Source: Bacteriovoracia bacterium
GTDB taxonomy: Bacteria; Bdellovibrionota; Bacteriovoracia; Bacteriovoracales; Bacteriovoracaceae
Direction of reading: 5' to 3'
Assembly: GCA_046570105.1 (NCBI GenBank)
Contig: JBKHVI010000002.1
Span: forward strand, 74,737 to 138,736
DNA: 64,000 bases
Part shown: positions 18,643 through 28,100 of the stretch, piece by piece
Numbering within the stretch: position 1 is the stretch's first letter
Layout: each line of letters opens with the position of its first letter
Notes under the pieces: generated by a model
Databases searched by the model: none
Told to the model about the DNA's origin: nothing
The model's input: the letters and a program-made list of their open reading frames with translations, nothing else
Program-made: the position numbers and the translations under genes

Positions 18643-19980
18643 CTATTGGAACATTGGGGTTAACTGAGTCGGCTCAACATTACGTGGAGTAACGATCTCG
18701 CGTGATGGCTCAGCATCACGAACGCTTGAGCGTGAACGGCTAATCGCCTCATTCACACCCACAGAGACTGACAATTGAGCAGCAAATACGGCGCGCTCAT
18801 TATTGACGATACCTTGAGCAAGAACCTTGCCGCGCAAGAACTCTTTCATATCAACTGTGCCAATCAAGATCTTCTTGATGTCAGCTGGCTTCAAGCTTGG
18901 GTTAGCGTCTTTAATAAGGCCCGCAACTTTGGCCACAAACGGAGCTGCTTGAGATGTTCCAGAAACCTGTAAACGACGGCCCACAGGAATAGCTGAATCA
19001 ATCAACATACCAGGTGCGGCCACATCAACCATTTTCATACCGTAGTTTGAAAACGGAGCAAGGAACTGAACATCATAAGTAGCAGCCACGCTGACTACGT
19101 TATCGGCCTTGATATTAGTTGGAGAAGTTGGCATGACATCGTTGTCAGAACCGTCGTTACCGGCAGCGAACACAAACAATGTATTCGGAGCGGCCTTCAC
19201 CATGCGCTGACCTTGAGTGATCAAGGCGTTCATGAAGTGAAGTGTGACTTCTTGAAGTTCAGCTTCAGTCGCATCACGGAAGAAGATCACCTTGAAGGCA
19301 ATACCAGTGATCATTTTCGCTTGCTCAAAACCTGTTCCGAAAGAACCGTTGGCAACGTCAGCTTTGTGTCCGTGAGCATAGATGGCAATCTCTTCTAAGA
19401 GATTCATCTGTTGGCCAGCAAGTGCTTCAAGTCCGGCCTTTAGGATGCGCATACGCGTGCTGTTCTGCAAACCCTTCTGAGCAGCTTTCACTGCCAAAGT
19501 TTCCATGAACGGCTTGACTTCAGTTGGGATCAACTTGATGCCCAAAGCTTGGTTCTGTGTGCCTTCAACTGCGATGCCCGCCACGTGAGTGCCGTGAACG
19601 AAATTACCAAACTTTTGAAGATTGGCGATGATCTCTTGATTTTGGCGAGCTTGTTCTAACCAAGCGCGATCGGCCTCTGTCGCTGTTCCCAACAACTGGC
19701 GACCTTGAATTTCAAAAAACTTGAACGCTTCTGGCGTGTAAGTGCTTTCGTATTTGTAATCCACCAAGATGTTATTTTGTTCAGCAAAGTTCCAGCCGTG
19801 AAAATCATCTTGGTAGCCGTTGCCGTCGTTATCGCGGCCATCGTTAATCTCTGCGCTATTAAGCCAGATATTATTTTTGAGTTGTGCGTGACCTGTATCA
19901 AGTCCAGAGTCAATTACCGCGATCGTAGCGGCTTGAGCTCCCATTGAGAGGGCCAGAAGGCCGATAGCAAACATTTTCAT
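18643..19980 (-). CDS. Secreted S8 serine peptidase
   Basis: Signal peptide, VIDSG, HGTHVAG, AAGNDG and SGTSQAAP. Confidence 0.92.
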   Translation of the reverse strand: MKMFAIGLLALSMGAQAATIAVIDSGLDTGHAQLKNNIWLNSAEINDGRDNDGNGYQDDFHGWNFAEQNNILVDYKYESTYTPEAFKFFEIQGRQLLGTATEADRAWLEQARQNQEIIANLQKFGNFVHGTHVAGIAVEGTQNQALGIKLIPTEVKPFMETLAVKAAQKGLQNSTRMRILKAGLEALAGQQMNLLEEIAIYAHGHKADVANGSFGTGFEQAKMITGIAFKVIFFRDATEAELQEVTLHFMNALITQGQRMVKAAPNTLFVFAAGNDGSDNDVMPTSPTNIKADNVVSVAATYDVQFLAPFSNYGMKMVDVAAPGMLIDSAIPVGRRLQVSGTSQAAPFVAKVAGLIKDANPSLKPADIKKILIGTVDMKEFLRGKVLAQGIVNNERAVFAAQLSVSVGVNEAISRSRSSVRDAEPSREIVTPRNVEPTQLTPMFQ

Positions 19981-20003
19981 ATAACACTCCCTTGTGTCCC
20001 AAT

Positions 20004-20032
20004 ATTGTTGCGGGCCGGTCGTTCATCGTCAA
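20004..20032 (-). promoter_or_regulatory. Candidate sigma70 promoter of the S8 gene
   Basis: TTGACG-N17-AACAAT on minus strand, with SD GGGAG before the ATG. Confidence 0.45.
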
Positions 20033-20066
20033 TAAAACAAAGCTTTCATAGTCTGCACTTTATCGT

Positions 20067-20232
20067 AGATATCAAACTGACATGTCTCATCCTGGGCAAG
20101 GCTCTAGTTAAATGCCTAGACTCGTTCCAGGATGACGTGAGGCGTTCTGTACAGAAAGCTATCAGGCGTCCTCAAGAATTTTGTTTCATGATCAATCTGT
20201 GAGCTTCGGACTTACATGTCAGTTTGATATCT
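20067..20232 (-). ncRNA. Structured intergenic element (candidate sRNA or MITE) with perfect 19-bp terminal inverted repeats
   Basis: AGATATCAAACTGACATGT (20067-20085) and ACATGTCAGTTTGATATCT (20214-20232) enclose a long hairpin (20087-20135) and a second stem (20138-20174). Confidence 0.45.
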
Positions 20233-20274
20233 CTGACATCCTGTCATCGGCGGTGTACCGGTCATCATGACTAT

Positions 20275-20305
20275 AAAAAAAAAGAGGGCCATCAATGGCC
20301 CTCTT
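20275..20305 (-). terminator. Rho-independent terminator of the trypsin-like gene
   Basis: AAGAGGGCCAT-ca-ATGGCCCTCTT with an upstream A tract. Confidence 0.85.
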
Positions 20306-20335
20306 CTCTCAAATCCAAAATCCGAAGATTAAGAA

Positions 20336-21187
20336 TTAGATGTTTTGCAATTCTTTGATGTTGGTGATGAAAGTTACATCTTCGCCACGGCAACCGTTAT
20401 CTGGGCAAAGGTTTGACACGCGGCAACCACGAGATGAGTCATAGTTGTAGTCGTTTTCGCCACGAACCAAGATACCTTCAACAACACCTGTGCGAGCGTT
20501 GAATACAGCTGAACCTGAGTTACCGCCGTAAGTGTCAAGGTTAGCTACGAAGTACTTGCCGCGAAGGCTGCGTACATTTGCGCCGTCAGTGATCTTAGTT
20601 GGAAGACCTGTTGGGTGACCGATAACAAGGATCTCTTCGCCTTGAGAAATTTTGCCTTCTTTGCGGAAAGACAATGGAGCACGATCAGTTACAGTGCGAT
20701 CAAGCTCGATAAAAGCGTAGTCGTCTTGAGTTGATTGATCGAGTGAACGGCTGATGATGCGCTTACAAGAATAAACACTTGTTGTAGGAACAGAAACATT
20801 CAACTGGTCAGCAGAGTCAACTTTATAGTCGAAAACCCACTTGTTTGAACGGCAGTCTGCTTCTGAAGTAATACAGTGACCAGCAGTCACCAAGTACTTG
20901 TCGCCGACCAAGAAACCAGAACACATAGCTGCTGTCGCCTGTTGGCTGAAGCGCTCAGTGCTACACATGCCACGTGATTGCATAGAAGGGCCAGAAACGT
21001 GAGTGAGGTCGCCAGCTGAACGTAGGCTTGATCCTGTGATCATCGCCGCTGTAGAGCGAGCAAGAGTCTTGTGCATATCGTTTGTTGATTCAAAAACATC
21101 GAGGCGATTATCTTCACCGTAGATGACCTTATCATTGGCCATCACAGATGCAGAAACAGTGAGCGCGATCAAAAGAAGAAACTTCAT
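20336..21187 (-). CDS. Secreted trypsin-like (S1) serine protease
   Basis: Signal peptide, CSGFLV, TAGHC, DDYA and DTYGGNSGS. Confidence 0.92.
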   Translation of the reverse strand: MKFLLLIALTVSASVMANDKVIYGEDNRLDVFESTNDMHKTLARSTAAMITGSSLRSAGDLTHVSGPSMQSRGMCSTERFSQQATAAMCSGFLVGDKYLVTAGHCITSEADCRSNKWVFDYKVDSADQLNVSVPTTSVYSCKRIISRSLDQSTQDDYAFIELDRTVTDRAPLSFRKEGKISQGEEILVIGHPTGLPTKITDGANVRSLRGKYFVANLDTYGGNSGSAVFNARTGVVEGILVRGENDYNYDSSRGCRVSNLCPDNGCRGEDVTFITNIKELQNI

Positions 21188-21280
21188 GGGGGAAATCCTT
21201 TTCCAAATCTAATTGGAGAATTTGTTCATCCGTGCAGTGGACTTGTCAGATATACTGCCCATGAGAAAAATGTTCGACAA

Positions 21281-21661
21281 CTAACAGTTTCTTACAGAAA
21301 TGGACGGGTTTTCACATGTTGTGATGTGTGCAGGTGGTTTTACAAACCACATATGGCCGTCTGTAGAAGTGAAACGAAGCCCTAGTGGCGTTACTTCGCG
21401 TGTCGGCTGACCTTCTGCGTAACGAAAACAGAAAAACTCCCAACGCGCAGCGAGATCATACCAACTCTCCAAAGAGAGCTCCCACTGAAGCATCATAGGA
21501 GGGGAATCACCTTGGAAAATATCAATCGCTAACTCGCCCACCCTCACTCGAAAAAGCCCTGCACCACTTTCTGTTTCGAGAGAAAGAACTTCGCTTAAGA
21601 ATCTTTTGAGTTCTTCGGGAGCACTAGAATAGAGCGAGAAACTTAGGAGTTTTTGTTCCAT
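21281..21661 (-). CDS. Hypothetical protein, possibly VOC/glyoxalase-like fold (start reassigned to ATG 21661)
   Basis: MEQKLLSFSLY start removes most of the overlap with folP; SSAPEELKRFLSEVL and FTSTDGHMW resemble VOC elements. Confidence 0.5.
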   Translation of the reverse strand: MEQKLLSFSLYSSAPEELKRFLSEVLSLETESGAGLFRVRVGELAIDIFQGDSPPMMLQWELSLESWYDLAARWEFFCFRYAEGQPTREVTPLGLRFTSTDGHMWFVKPPAHITTCENPSISVRNC

Positions 21662-22530
21662 ACACTTTCTAGTGTAGTCCATCCTTGCAATCCGCGCGAG
21701 AGCAGAGGTGCGTGAGTGCGCAAAATAATAGTGTGAGGCTGACGAAGTTTTTCCAAGGCCATCTTCGTCCACAAAAGGGCGCGGCCATCAAGTTCGCAGC
21801 GAATCGCTGGATCTTTTGGATTGGCCTCGGCCGGCAAACGTAAGAAAGATTTACGACTTACTCCCCACATCCAGTGCGGACACGCCAACTCTTCCATCAA
21901 GAGAGGCAGCTCCTGGAGCAGCTTTTGATTTTGTTCACGAGATTTAGCGAAACCAAAACAGGGATCAGCAATAACACGCGAGAAAAGATCTTCTCTTAAA
22001 AGGGTCTCAAATTTTTCACGGAAAAATTGGCGAGCATGCCCCGCTGAGCTTCCCTCTTTAACATACTCCATGTGCGAGCTAGTTTGTGCCCGTGCAGGTA
22101 TCGGATTAAAACACAGCACATATCGCAATTGCGGATGCTGTTTTAAAAGACGAATAACATCTTGATCGAGCTGACCAGATACATCGTTCCACACCGTCGA
22201 TACATCTTTAGGAATAACACTGAGAAGCCATTCCACCGTGGGGATTTGGTAGCTATCAAGACTTAGAGTGAGATCTTTGGGCCAGGACTTGAGAAGTGGC
22301 ACAAGAGTATTTTCTAAACGCTTTCTTTCTTCACTTGTAGTGATAGCAGCGTTGTGAGGGGCCGTCGATTCAGCACCGATATCAACGCCATCGATCCACG
22401 GTAACCAATGGGCGAGTTTCTCTTTGAGTGCCTCACTCGTCGTCAGGTCTCCCCCATCACTAAAAGAATCGGGAGTGACATTCATCACTCCCCAGACTTG
22501 AACTTTTTGTTGGTTGAACGGAAAACTCAT
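21643..22530 (-). CDS. folP: Dihydropteroate synthase
   Basis: GVMNVTPDSFSDGG, DIGAEST, WNDVSG, DPCFGFAK and GVSRKSF; follows ftsH. Confidence 0.9.
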   Translation of the reverse strand: MSFPFNQQKVQVWGVMNVTPDSFSDGGDLTTSEALKEKLAHWLPWIDGVDIGAESTAPHNAAITTSEERKRLENTLVPLLKSWPKDLTLSLDSYQIPTVEWLLSVIPKDVSTVWNDVSGQLDQDVIRLLKQHPQLRYVLCFNPIPARAQTSSHMEYVKEGSSAGHARQFFREKFETLLREDLFSRVIADPCFGFAKSREQNQKLLQELPLLMEELACPHWMWGVSRKSFLRLPAEANPKDPAIRCELDGRALLWTKMALEKLRQPHTIILRTHAPLLSRGLQGWTTLESVWNKNS

Positions 22531-24407
22531 GCTGGTGCGACTTTGCCGCCTGGAATTGACACTGATGGAGCGTCATTTGTATTTGAGCGCTTAAATGGCA
22601 TCGGCTGACCGATGTCAGTACCAGCGATCAATTTTTTAATTTGATCTGAGTCAAGAGTCTCCCAAACCATCAAACCTTCAGCGATACGATGAAGAGCATC
22701 GATATTTTCTTGCAGAATGCTTTTCGCTTTCTCGTAATTTACTTGAACAAGATTCGCGATCTCGGTATCGATGCGTTTGGCCGTTTCATCAGAGAACTGA
22801 GAAGCATCAGAACCTTGATAAATATTCATGCTTGAAGGGCGTGAATAGTTAATGGGACCAAGTTTCGACATACCCCAATTACAAACCATGTTACGGGCCA
22901 AGTCAGTGGCGCGCTCAATATCATTCGATGCACCGTTGGTGTATTCTTGGAAAATCACTTCTTCCGCACAACGTCCACCCATCAAGAAGGCAATCAAGTT
23001 CTCACCCTTCTCTTTAGTCAGAGAGAGCATGTCTTCATTAGGTAGAGTCTGCGTCACACCTAAGGCCATGCCACGAGGAATGATCGAGACTTTATGAATA
23101 GGATCAGTCTGAGGAAGATTAAGACCGACAAGCGTGTGTCCTGCTTCATGGTAAGCGGTATTGAGTTTCTCTTTTTCAGAGATCACCATGGATTTACGGG
23201 CCACACCCATCAAGACTTTGTCTTTGGCGTTTTCAAAATCCACTGCCGTCAAAAACTTCTTGCCATCTCGCGCTGCCAATAGTGCCGCTTCATTCACAAG
23301 GTTTGCCAAATCTGCACCGGTGAATCCTGGTGTACCTTTGGCAATCACTTCCAAATCAATATGCGGCTCAAGCGGAGTCTTGCGGGTGTGAACTTTCAAG
23401 ATTTGCAAACGTCCACGCACATCCGGGCGACCGACTGTCACACGACGATCGAAGCGACCTGGACGAAGTAGTGCCGGATCAAGCACATCAATACGGTTGG
23501 TAGCGGCCATAATGATAACGCCATCGTTACCTTCAAAGCCGTCCATCTCGACCAAGAGTTGGTTCAAGGTTTGTTCACGCTCATCATGACCTCCACCCAT
23601 GCCGGCGCCACGATGACGGCCAACAGCATCGATCTCATCAATAAAGATGATACAGGGAGCAGACTTTTTACCTTGTTCGAAAAGATCGCGCACCCGTGAG
23701 GCACCGACACCGACGAACATCTCGACGAAATCCGAACCTGAGATCGAGAAGAAAGGAACTCCTGCTTCACCAGCAACGGCGCGAGCGAGAAGAGTTTTAC
23801 CTGTTCCCGGAGGACCTACCAACAAACAGCCCTTAGGAATTTTCCCACCGAGGACAGTATATTTTTTGGGATCTTTCAAGAAGTCGACGATCTCGACTAA
23901 TTCTTCTTTGGCCTCTTCTACACCTGCAACATCAGCGAAAGTAACCTTCTTGTCATTTTCTGTGAGCATCTTGGTGCGCGCTTTACCAAAGCTCATCGCT
24001 TTACCACCGCCCGCTTGCAACTGACGCAAGAAGAAGTAGAACACGACAAACAAGATGATCATCGGGAACCAGTTAATTAACAATGTAGAGAGTAAACCTT
24101 GTTTCTCTTCACGTTTGTAATTAGGCACGATGCCTTTACCGCGTAGGATGCGGAAAGTTTCATCGCCGGTATTACCGGTCAATTCAAAGTGAGAACCATT
24201 TTCATAGCCTTCTTTGAAGCGACCCAAAATCGTGTTCTCGCCTTGGAAGGTCACTTCCGCCACATTGTCGTTTTCAACCGACTGAACGAATTGTGAGAAA
24301 GAAATATTTCGTGCAGGTTTTTGCCCCTGCTCGATGGTCTTCATGATGAACGCCATAATTAAAATGACGATGACCCAAAGGAGGAGTGTTTTTTGTTGGC
24401 GTTTCAT
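22527..24407 (-). CDS. ftsH: ATP-dependent zinc metalloprotease FtsH
   Basis: Two TM segments, [18 protein letters not shown] motif and HEAGH. Confidence 0.98.
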   Translation of the reverse strand: MKRQQKTLLLWVIVILIMAFIMKTIEQGQKPARNISFSQFVQSVENDNVAEVTFQGENTILGRFKEGYENGSHFELTGNTGDETFRILRGKGIVPNYKREEKQGLLSTLLINWFPMIILFVVFYFFLRQLQAGGGKAMSFGKARTKMLTENDKKVTFADVAGVEEAKEELVEIVDFLKDPKKYTVLGGKIPKGCLLVGPPGTGKTLLARAVAGEAGVPFFSISGSDFVEMFVGVGASRVRDLFEQGKKSAPCIIFIDEIDAVGRHRGAGMGGGHDEREQTLNQLLVEMDGFEGNDGVIIMAATNRIDVLDPALLRPGRFDRRVTVGRPDVRGRLQILKVHTRKTPLEPHIDLEVIAKGTPGFTGADLANLVNEAALLAARDGKKFLTAVDFENAKDKVLMGVARKSMVISEKEKLNTAYHEAGHTLVGLNLPQTDPIHKVSIIPRGMALGVTQTLPNEDMLSLTKEKGENLIAFLMGGRCAEEVIFQEYTNGASNDIERATDLARNMVCNWGMSKLGPINYSRPSSMNIYQGSDASQFSDETAKRIDTEIANLVQVNYEKAKSILQENIDALHRIAEGLMVWETLDSDQIKKLIAGTDIGQPMPFKRSNTNDAPSVSIPGGKVAPA

Positions 24408-24465
24408 AGATTGCCCTTTGTGGCAGTTAGCGCCTCAGAAATCGTCTCTGAAGCTAGCTACTATT

Positions 24466-25719
24466 CTATGCCTGGCCGCTCTCTGGGCGCAAGGGCCACA
24501 AGGGCGCAAGTCGCAACTCCAAATGCGGATTTTTCCAACGTGATAGGAGTCTCTGCGCGTTTATGACAGGTATTTTTTGTTGTGAAATCTCTTTCCATAG
24601 AGCGTCACGTTGCGTTTTTTGCAAAATGTTTGCGCACTTTTGATCTGTTTCAAACGCACACCAAAATGGAGCATAGAGAAGATTCTGTTGCGTTAAATGA
24701 CTCTCAATCAAGTCAGCAAACTCAGCTTTTTTGAAACTCTGAAACTTAACTAACCCAGCCTCTGGTAGCACCGTTTGAAAATCTCGTGCCATCACCATTA
24801 ACCAGGCACCATAGGCGACTACCCGAACGCCACCGGAAAGTTGAAATGGCCCTTGCTTGCCCGCACTTTGCGCCGCCAGGATTTTAGGAATTTCTTTATA
24901 GAGCGTTCCCCGCATTGCCTGGCTGAGTTGGCGTACCGAAATAAGGAGCTGTGCTTCTGAAGGTGGGGCCAAATATAAATGGCATTTATTGGTGAAAACA
25001 CGCTGGGCCTCTTTTGCTTTTTTTAACGCTACTCCCAATTGTTCTGCTAAGCGTTGTGAACGATGAGCATAGTGTTTGAGAAATTGGGGATGCTGACTTA
25101 CTAAGAGTCCTGCCATTTCCTGGCGAAAGAGTGCTCGGGCATAGGTTTTTGTCGAATTCGAGGGATCTTCCATCCAAGATAAATTGCGGCGCTGGGCCTC
25201 TCGGCGAATTTGCTCTTTGCTCACACACATGAACGGATGCCAAATTCGTCCGGATTTTAAAGCAATTCCTAGTCCCGACCGCACCTCTGATGAGCGTGCT
25301 TGTTGTAACTGGGCCCACTCCCAAGAATCATTCAGGTGATGCCCCAACAGCAGGACTTCATCCGATGCCAAAGCTTGATTCATCAGCGCCAAGCGCTCAC
25401 GTCGCCAAAACTCTTCCCGGTTGTGCGTCGCTTTGCCGGTGATATGCAAAATCTGCCATGAAACTCGTTGGTCTCGACATACTTGCGCCACGAGCTCCAT
25501 TTCATTCTCTTGCTCAACTCTGGTGTGATGATGAACAGCAAGTACGCGCAAGGACTGGATATGGCCTTCTGCTCTTAGCCAAAGGGCCCATTCCAAAAGC
25601 ACACGCGAATCGAGGCCTCCCGAGGCACCCACCACCATTTTCTGTGGAAAATGCTCTCCACTATGCATTTGCAAAAAACGCAGAACATGTTGAAAAAATA
25701 ACGAGGAAGTCGGCTTCAT
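24466..25719 (-). CDS. tilS: tRNA(Ile)-lysidine synthase
   Basis: SGGLDS PP-loop, GHHLND and WMEDPSN; upstream of ftsH. Confidence 0.85.
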   Translation of the reverse strand: MKPTSSLFFQHVLRFLQMHSGEHFPQKMVVGASGGLDSRVLLEWALWLRAEGHIQSLRVLAVHHHTRVEQENEMELVAQVCRDQRVSWQILHITGKATHNREEFWRRERLALMNQALASDEVLLLGHHLNDSWEWAQLQQARSSEVRSGLGIALKSGRIWHPFMCVSKEQIRREAQRRNLSWMEDPSNSTKTYARALFRQEMAGLLVSQHPQFLKHYAHRSQRLAEQLGVALKKAKEAQRVFTNKCHLYLAPPSEAQLLISVRQLSQAMRGTLYKEIPKILAAQSAGKQGPFQLSGGVRVVAYGAWLMVMARDFQTVLPEAGLVKFQSFKKAEFADLIESHLTQQNLLYAPFWCAFETDQKCANILQKTQRDALWKEISQQKIPVINAQRLLSRWKNPHLELRLAPLWPLRPESGQA

Positions 25720-25775
25720 ATTGCTTATTTAAACCTAAAGTAATTGAGTTGTCCTGCAATCCCTGTGACTTGGCG

Positions 25776-25804
25776 TTGACAGGCCTTCTGCCCCCCATTA
25801 TCAT
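25776..25804 (+). promoter_or_regulatory. Sigma70 promoter of the tRNA gene
   Basis: TTGACA-N17-TATCAT followed by a GC-rich discriminator GAGGCC. Confidence 0.75.
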
Positions 25805-25818
25805 GAGGCCTTATTGAT

Positions 25819-25895
25819 GGCACTGTAGCTCAGATGGTTAGAGCGTAGCATTCATAACGCTAAGGTCGGCAGTTCGATCCTGCCCAGTGCTACCA
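25819..25895 (+). tRNA. tRNA with CAT anticodon, probably elongator tRNA-Met
   Basis: 77-nt cloverleaf: GGCACTG/CAGTGCT acceptor stem, AGCTCAG..GG D arm, TTCATAA anticodon loop, GTTCGATCC T loop, encoded CCA. Confidence 0.95.
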
Positions 25896-26005
25896 TCAAT
25901 TTTAGTCTTTAGATTCTCCCACCTAAATTTTAATTCATACCTTTTAAGTTTTCAGAGGACGAACTCCGAGGACAATGGTCTCATGAACCTCAACCGGAGA
26001 GATTT

Positions 26006-26680
26006 ATGGGCCACGTACTTGTTGTTGAAGACGAAAAAAAAATGTCTGCCTTTATTCAGCAAGGTCTTTTAGAAGAAGGCCATAAAGTGGATGTCACTGA
26101 TCATCCCAAAAGCGCTCAAGAGTTAATTAAGAAAAACCCCTACGATCTGTTGATTTTAGATGTCATGTTGCCTGAGATGAATGGCCTTGAACTCTCTCGC
26201 ATGGTTCGACAAGATGGCTATGCTGGTAACGTTTTAATGCTGACAGCACTTTCAACCACCAACGATAAAATCGCGGGGCTTGATGCCGGTGCTGACGATT
26301 ATCTAACTAAGCCTTTTGACTTTAATGAACTGCTCGCTCGCGTACGTGCACTGCTCAGACGTCGCGGAGATACCAACACGACGTTATCTAATGGTGATCT
26401 TGTGATGGATTTACTCAAACGAACAGTGACCCGCGAGGGCAAAACAATTGAACTCACTTCTAAAGAGTTCTCACTCTTAGAATTATTCATGCGCCAAGTG
26501 GATAAAGTGCTCGATCGCAATACTATTGCTCATCAAGTGTGGGGCACTGAATTCGATCCTGACTCGAATGTGATTGATGTTTACGTCAATCATCTTCGCA
26601 AAAAGATGGATCATGGCTTTCCACGCAGACTTCTTAAAACAATTGTAGGCCATGGATATACGCTCGCCAAAAATTCCTGA
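26006..26680 (+). CDS. OmpR-family response regulator
   Basis: VVEDE, LDVMLP, GADDYLTKPF and winged helix SNVIDVYVNHLRKK. Confidence 0.95.
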   Translation: MGHVLVVEDEKKMSAFIQQGLLEEGHKVDVTDHPKSAQELIKKNPYDLLILDVMLPEMNGLELSRMVRQDGYAGNVLMLTALSTTNDKIAGLDAGADDYLTKPFDFNELLARVRALLRRRGDTNTTLSNGDLVMDLLKRTVTREGKTIELTSKEFSLLELFMRQVDKVLDRNTIAHQVWGTEFDPDSNVIDVYVNHLRKKMDHGFPRRLLKTIVGHGYTLAKNS

Positions 26681-28100
26681 TTTCACTCGCGGAATCCGCT
26701 TTCGACTAGCACTGGTTTATTCTGCCATTTTTGGTGTCTGCCTGATTTTGATCTCATTGGTGATCACCTATGAATATCTAGGGATTAGTCATGAAGAAAA
26801 CGATCAGGCATTACGTAGTTTTGCCATCGATCTCTCCCATTATGTCAGACCCGATTCTCTACCTAACGATTTTGATAATGTTATTGCCAGTGAAATTGCC
26901 TATTTCCCATTTCTCATTCAAAACACCATGGTCAGCGTCCGTGGTCTTAATGGAAAATTACATTTCACCAGTCGCAAAGACCTAGCAGCTCCCCACTCTC
27001 AACTCTTTGCTGATTCAAACTTACTTCATGAGTTCACTAACTTTAGGCTACCCGATGGGACTAAAATGCGCGGAATTAATCTACGCACCACTCACCTTTC
27101 AAGACCCTTAATCGTCCAGGTCGCCAGCACAATTGATGGACTGACCGCTCAACAAGATCGCCACATTTTATTTTTAATTCTTATTATTTCTTTATCCATC
27201 ATCATTACCGGTATCACTTCCACCATCGTCGCCAGAAAAGCGCTTGATCCGGTACGAGAACTCATTAAACAAGTTGAAGAACTCCTGACTCAAGAGACCT
27301 ATCGACCACTGCCTGTTCCAAGTACTCATGATGAATTGGCCCAACTGACTGTGACCTATAATTCACTTCTCACCCAAGTCAAAAAAACTCTCTCGGCACA
27401 AGACCAATTCGTCTCCCACGCTTCTCATCAACTTAATACGCCCTTAGCCATCATGCGTGGAGAATTAGAAGTTCTTCTCTCGAAAGCACGGACTCCTGAA
27501 GAAATGCGGCGCTATCATGCAAGTCTTGGGCAAGAACTCGCTCGCATGGCCCAATTAGTACGCGATATGCTGCTAGTCTCAAGAGTAGAAGCGGGCAAAG
27601 CAAGTTTTCGTTTCTCCCCACTTCGAGTTGATGAAGTGGTGACGGAAACTGTCGCTCGTCTGGGAGTTAAAGCGAAAGAGAAAAATATCGCTTTAAAACT
27701 CGATTTTGAAGCCGAGATCTTAGAAGATGAAAAGGCCCTAATGGTGGTGGGAGAGAAACAACTCTTAACCTGCCTGTTTGAAAACCTCATTGAAAACTGC
27801 ATCAAGTATTCACCTCATGATTCAGTGGTGAGGATCTACTTATCAAAAAAAGATGGTCACGCTTGTTTTCAAGTCCAAGATCAAGGCCCAGGCATTCCTG
27901 ATGAAATTCATGAAAAGCTTAAGCGCTCTGAGCGGTTCTTTCGCGGAGAACACACTGATAAAATCAGTGGCACGGGATTAGGTCTGTATTTAGTGGGGAA
28001 AATTTCGGAATATCACAGTGCTCAGTTTAAAGTAGATAATCTTGTGCCCCCTCCTGGAGCACTTTTCACAGTGATTTTTAATCAGAAACCCATCGCCTGA
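26652..28100 (+). CDS. Sensor histidine kinase (HAMP-HisKA-HATPase)
   Basis: Two TM segments, HAMP (DELAQL), H-box ASHQLNTPL, NLIENCIKY, DQGPGI and GTGLGL. Confidence 0.93.
   Translation: MDIRSPKIPDFTRGIRFRLALVYSAIFGVCLILISLVITYEYLGISHEENDQALRSFAIDLSHYVRPDSLPNDFDNVIASEIAYFPFLIQNTMVSVRGLNGKLHFTSRKDLAAPHSQLFADSNLLHEFTNFRLPDGTKMRGINLRTTHLSRPLIVQVASTIDGLTAQQDRHILFLILIISLSIIITGITSTIVARKALDPVRELIKQVEELLTQETYRPLPVPSTHDELAQLTVTYNSLLTQVKKTLSAQDQFVSHASHQLNTPLAIMRGELEVLLSKARTPEEMRRYHASLGQELARMAQLVRDMLLVSRVEAGKASFRFSPLRVDEVVTETVARLGVKAKEKNIALKLDFEAEILEDEKALMVVGEKQLLTCLFENLIENCIKYSPHDSVVRIYLSKKDGHACFQVQDQGPGIPDEIHEKLKRSERFFRGEHTDKISGTGLGLYLVGKISEYHSAQFKVDNLVPPPGALFTVIFNQKPIA

Noticed and set aside
20005..20202. 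65-aa plus-strand ORF across the structured element
   Set aside because: TTG start without SD and no recognisable motifs; the region is better explained by inverted repeats
20067..20232. Assignment as retron msr-msd, 6S RNA, SRP RNA or c-di-GMP riboswitch
   Set aside because: No reverse transcriptase in the window and no G directly after the first repeat; too asymmetric for 6S; consensus motifs of SRP and c-di-GMP-I not seen
21662..21772. N-terminal extension of ORF 21281-21772
   Set aside because: Overlaps folP by 130 bp; ATG 21661 is the more plausible start
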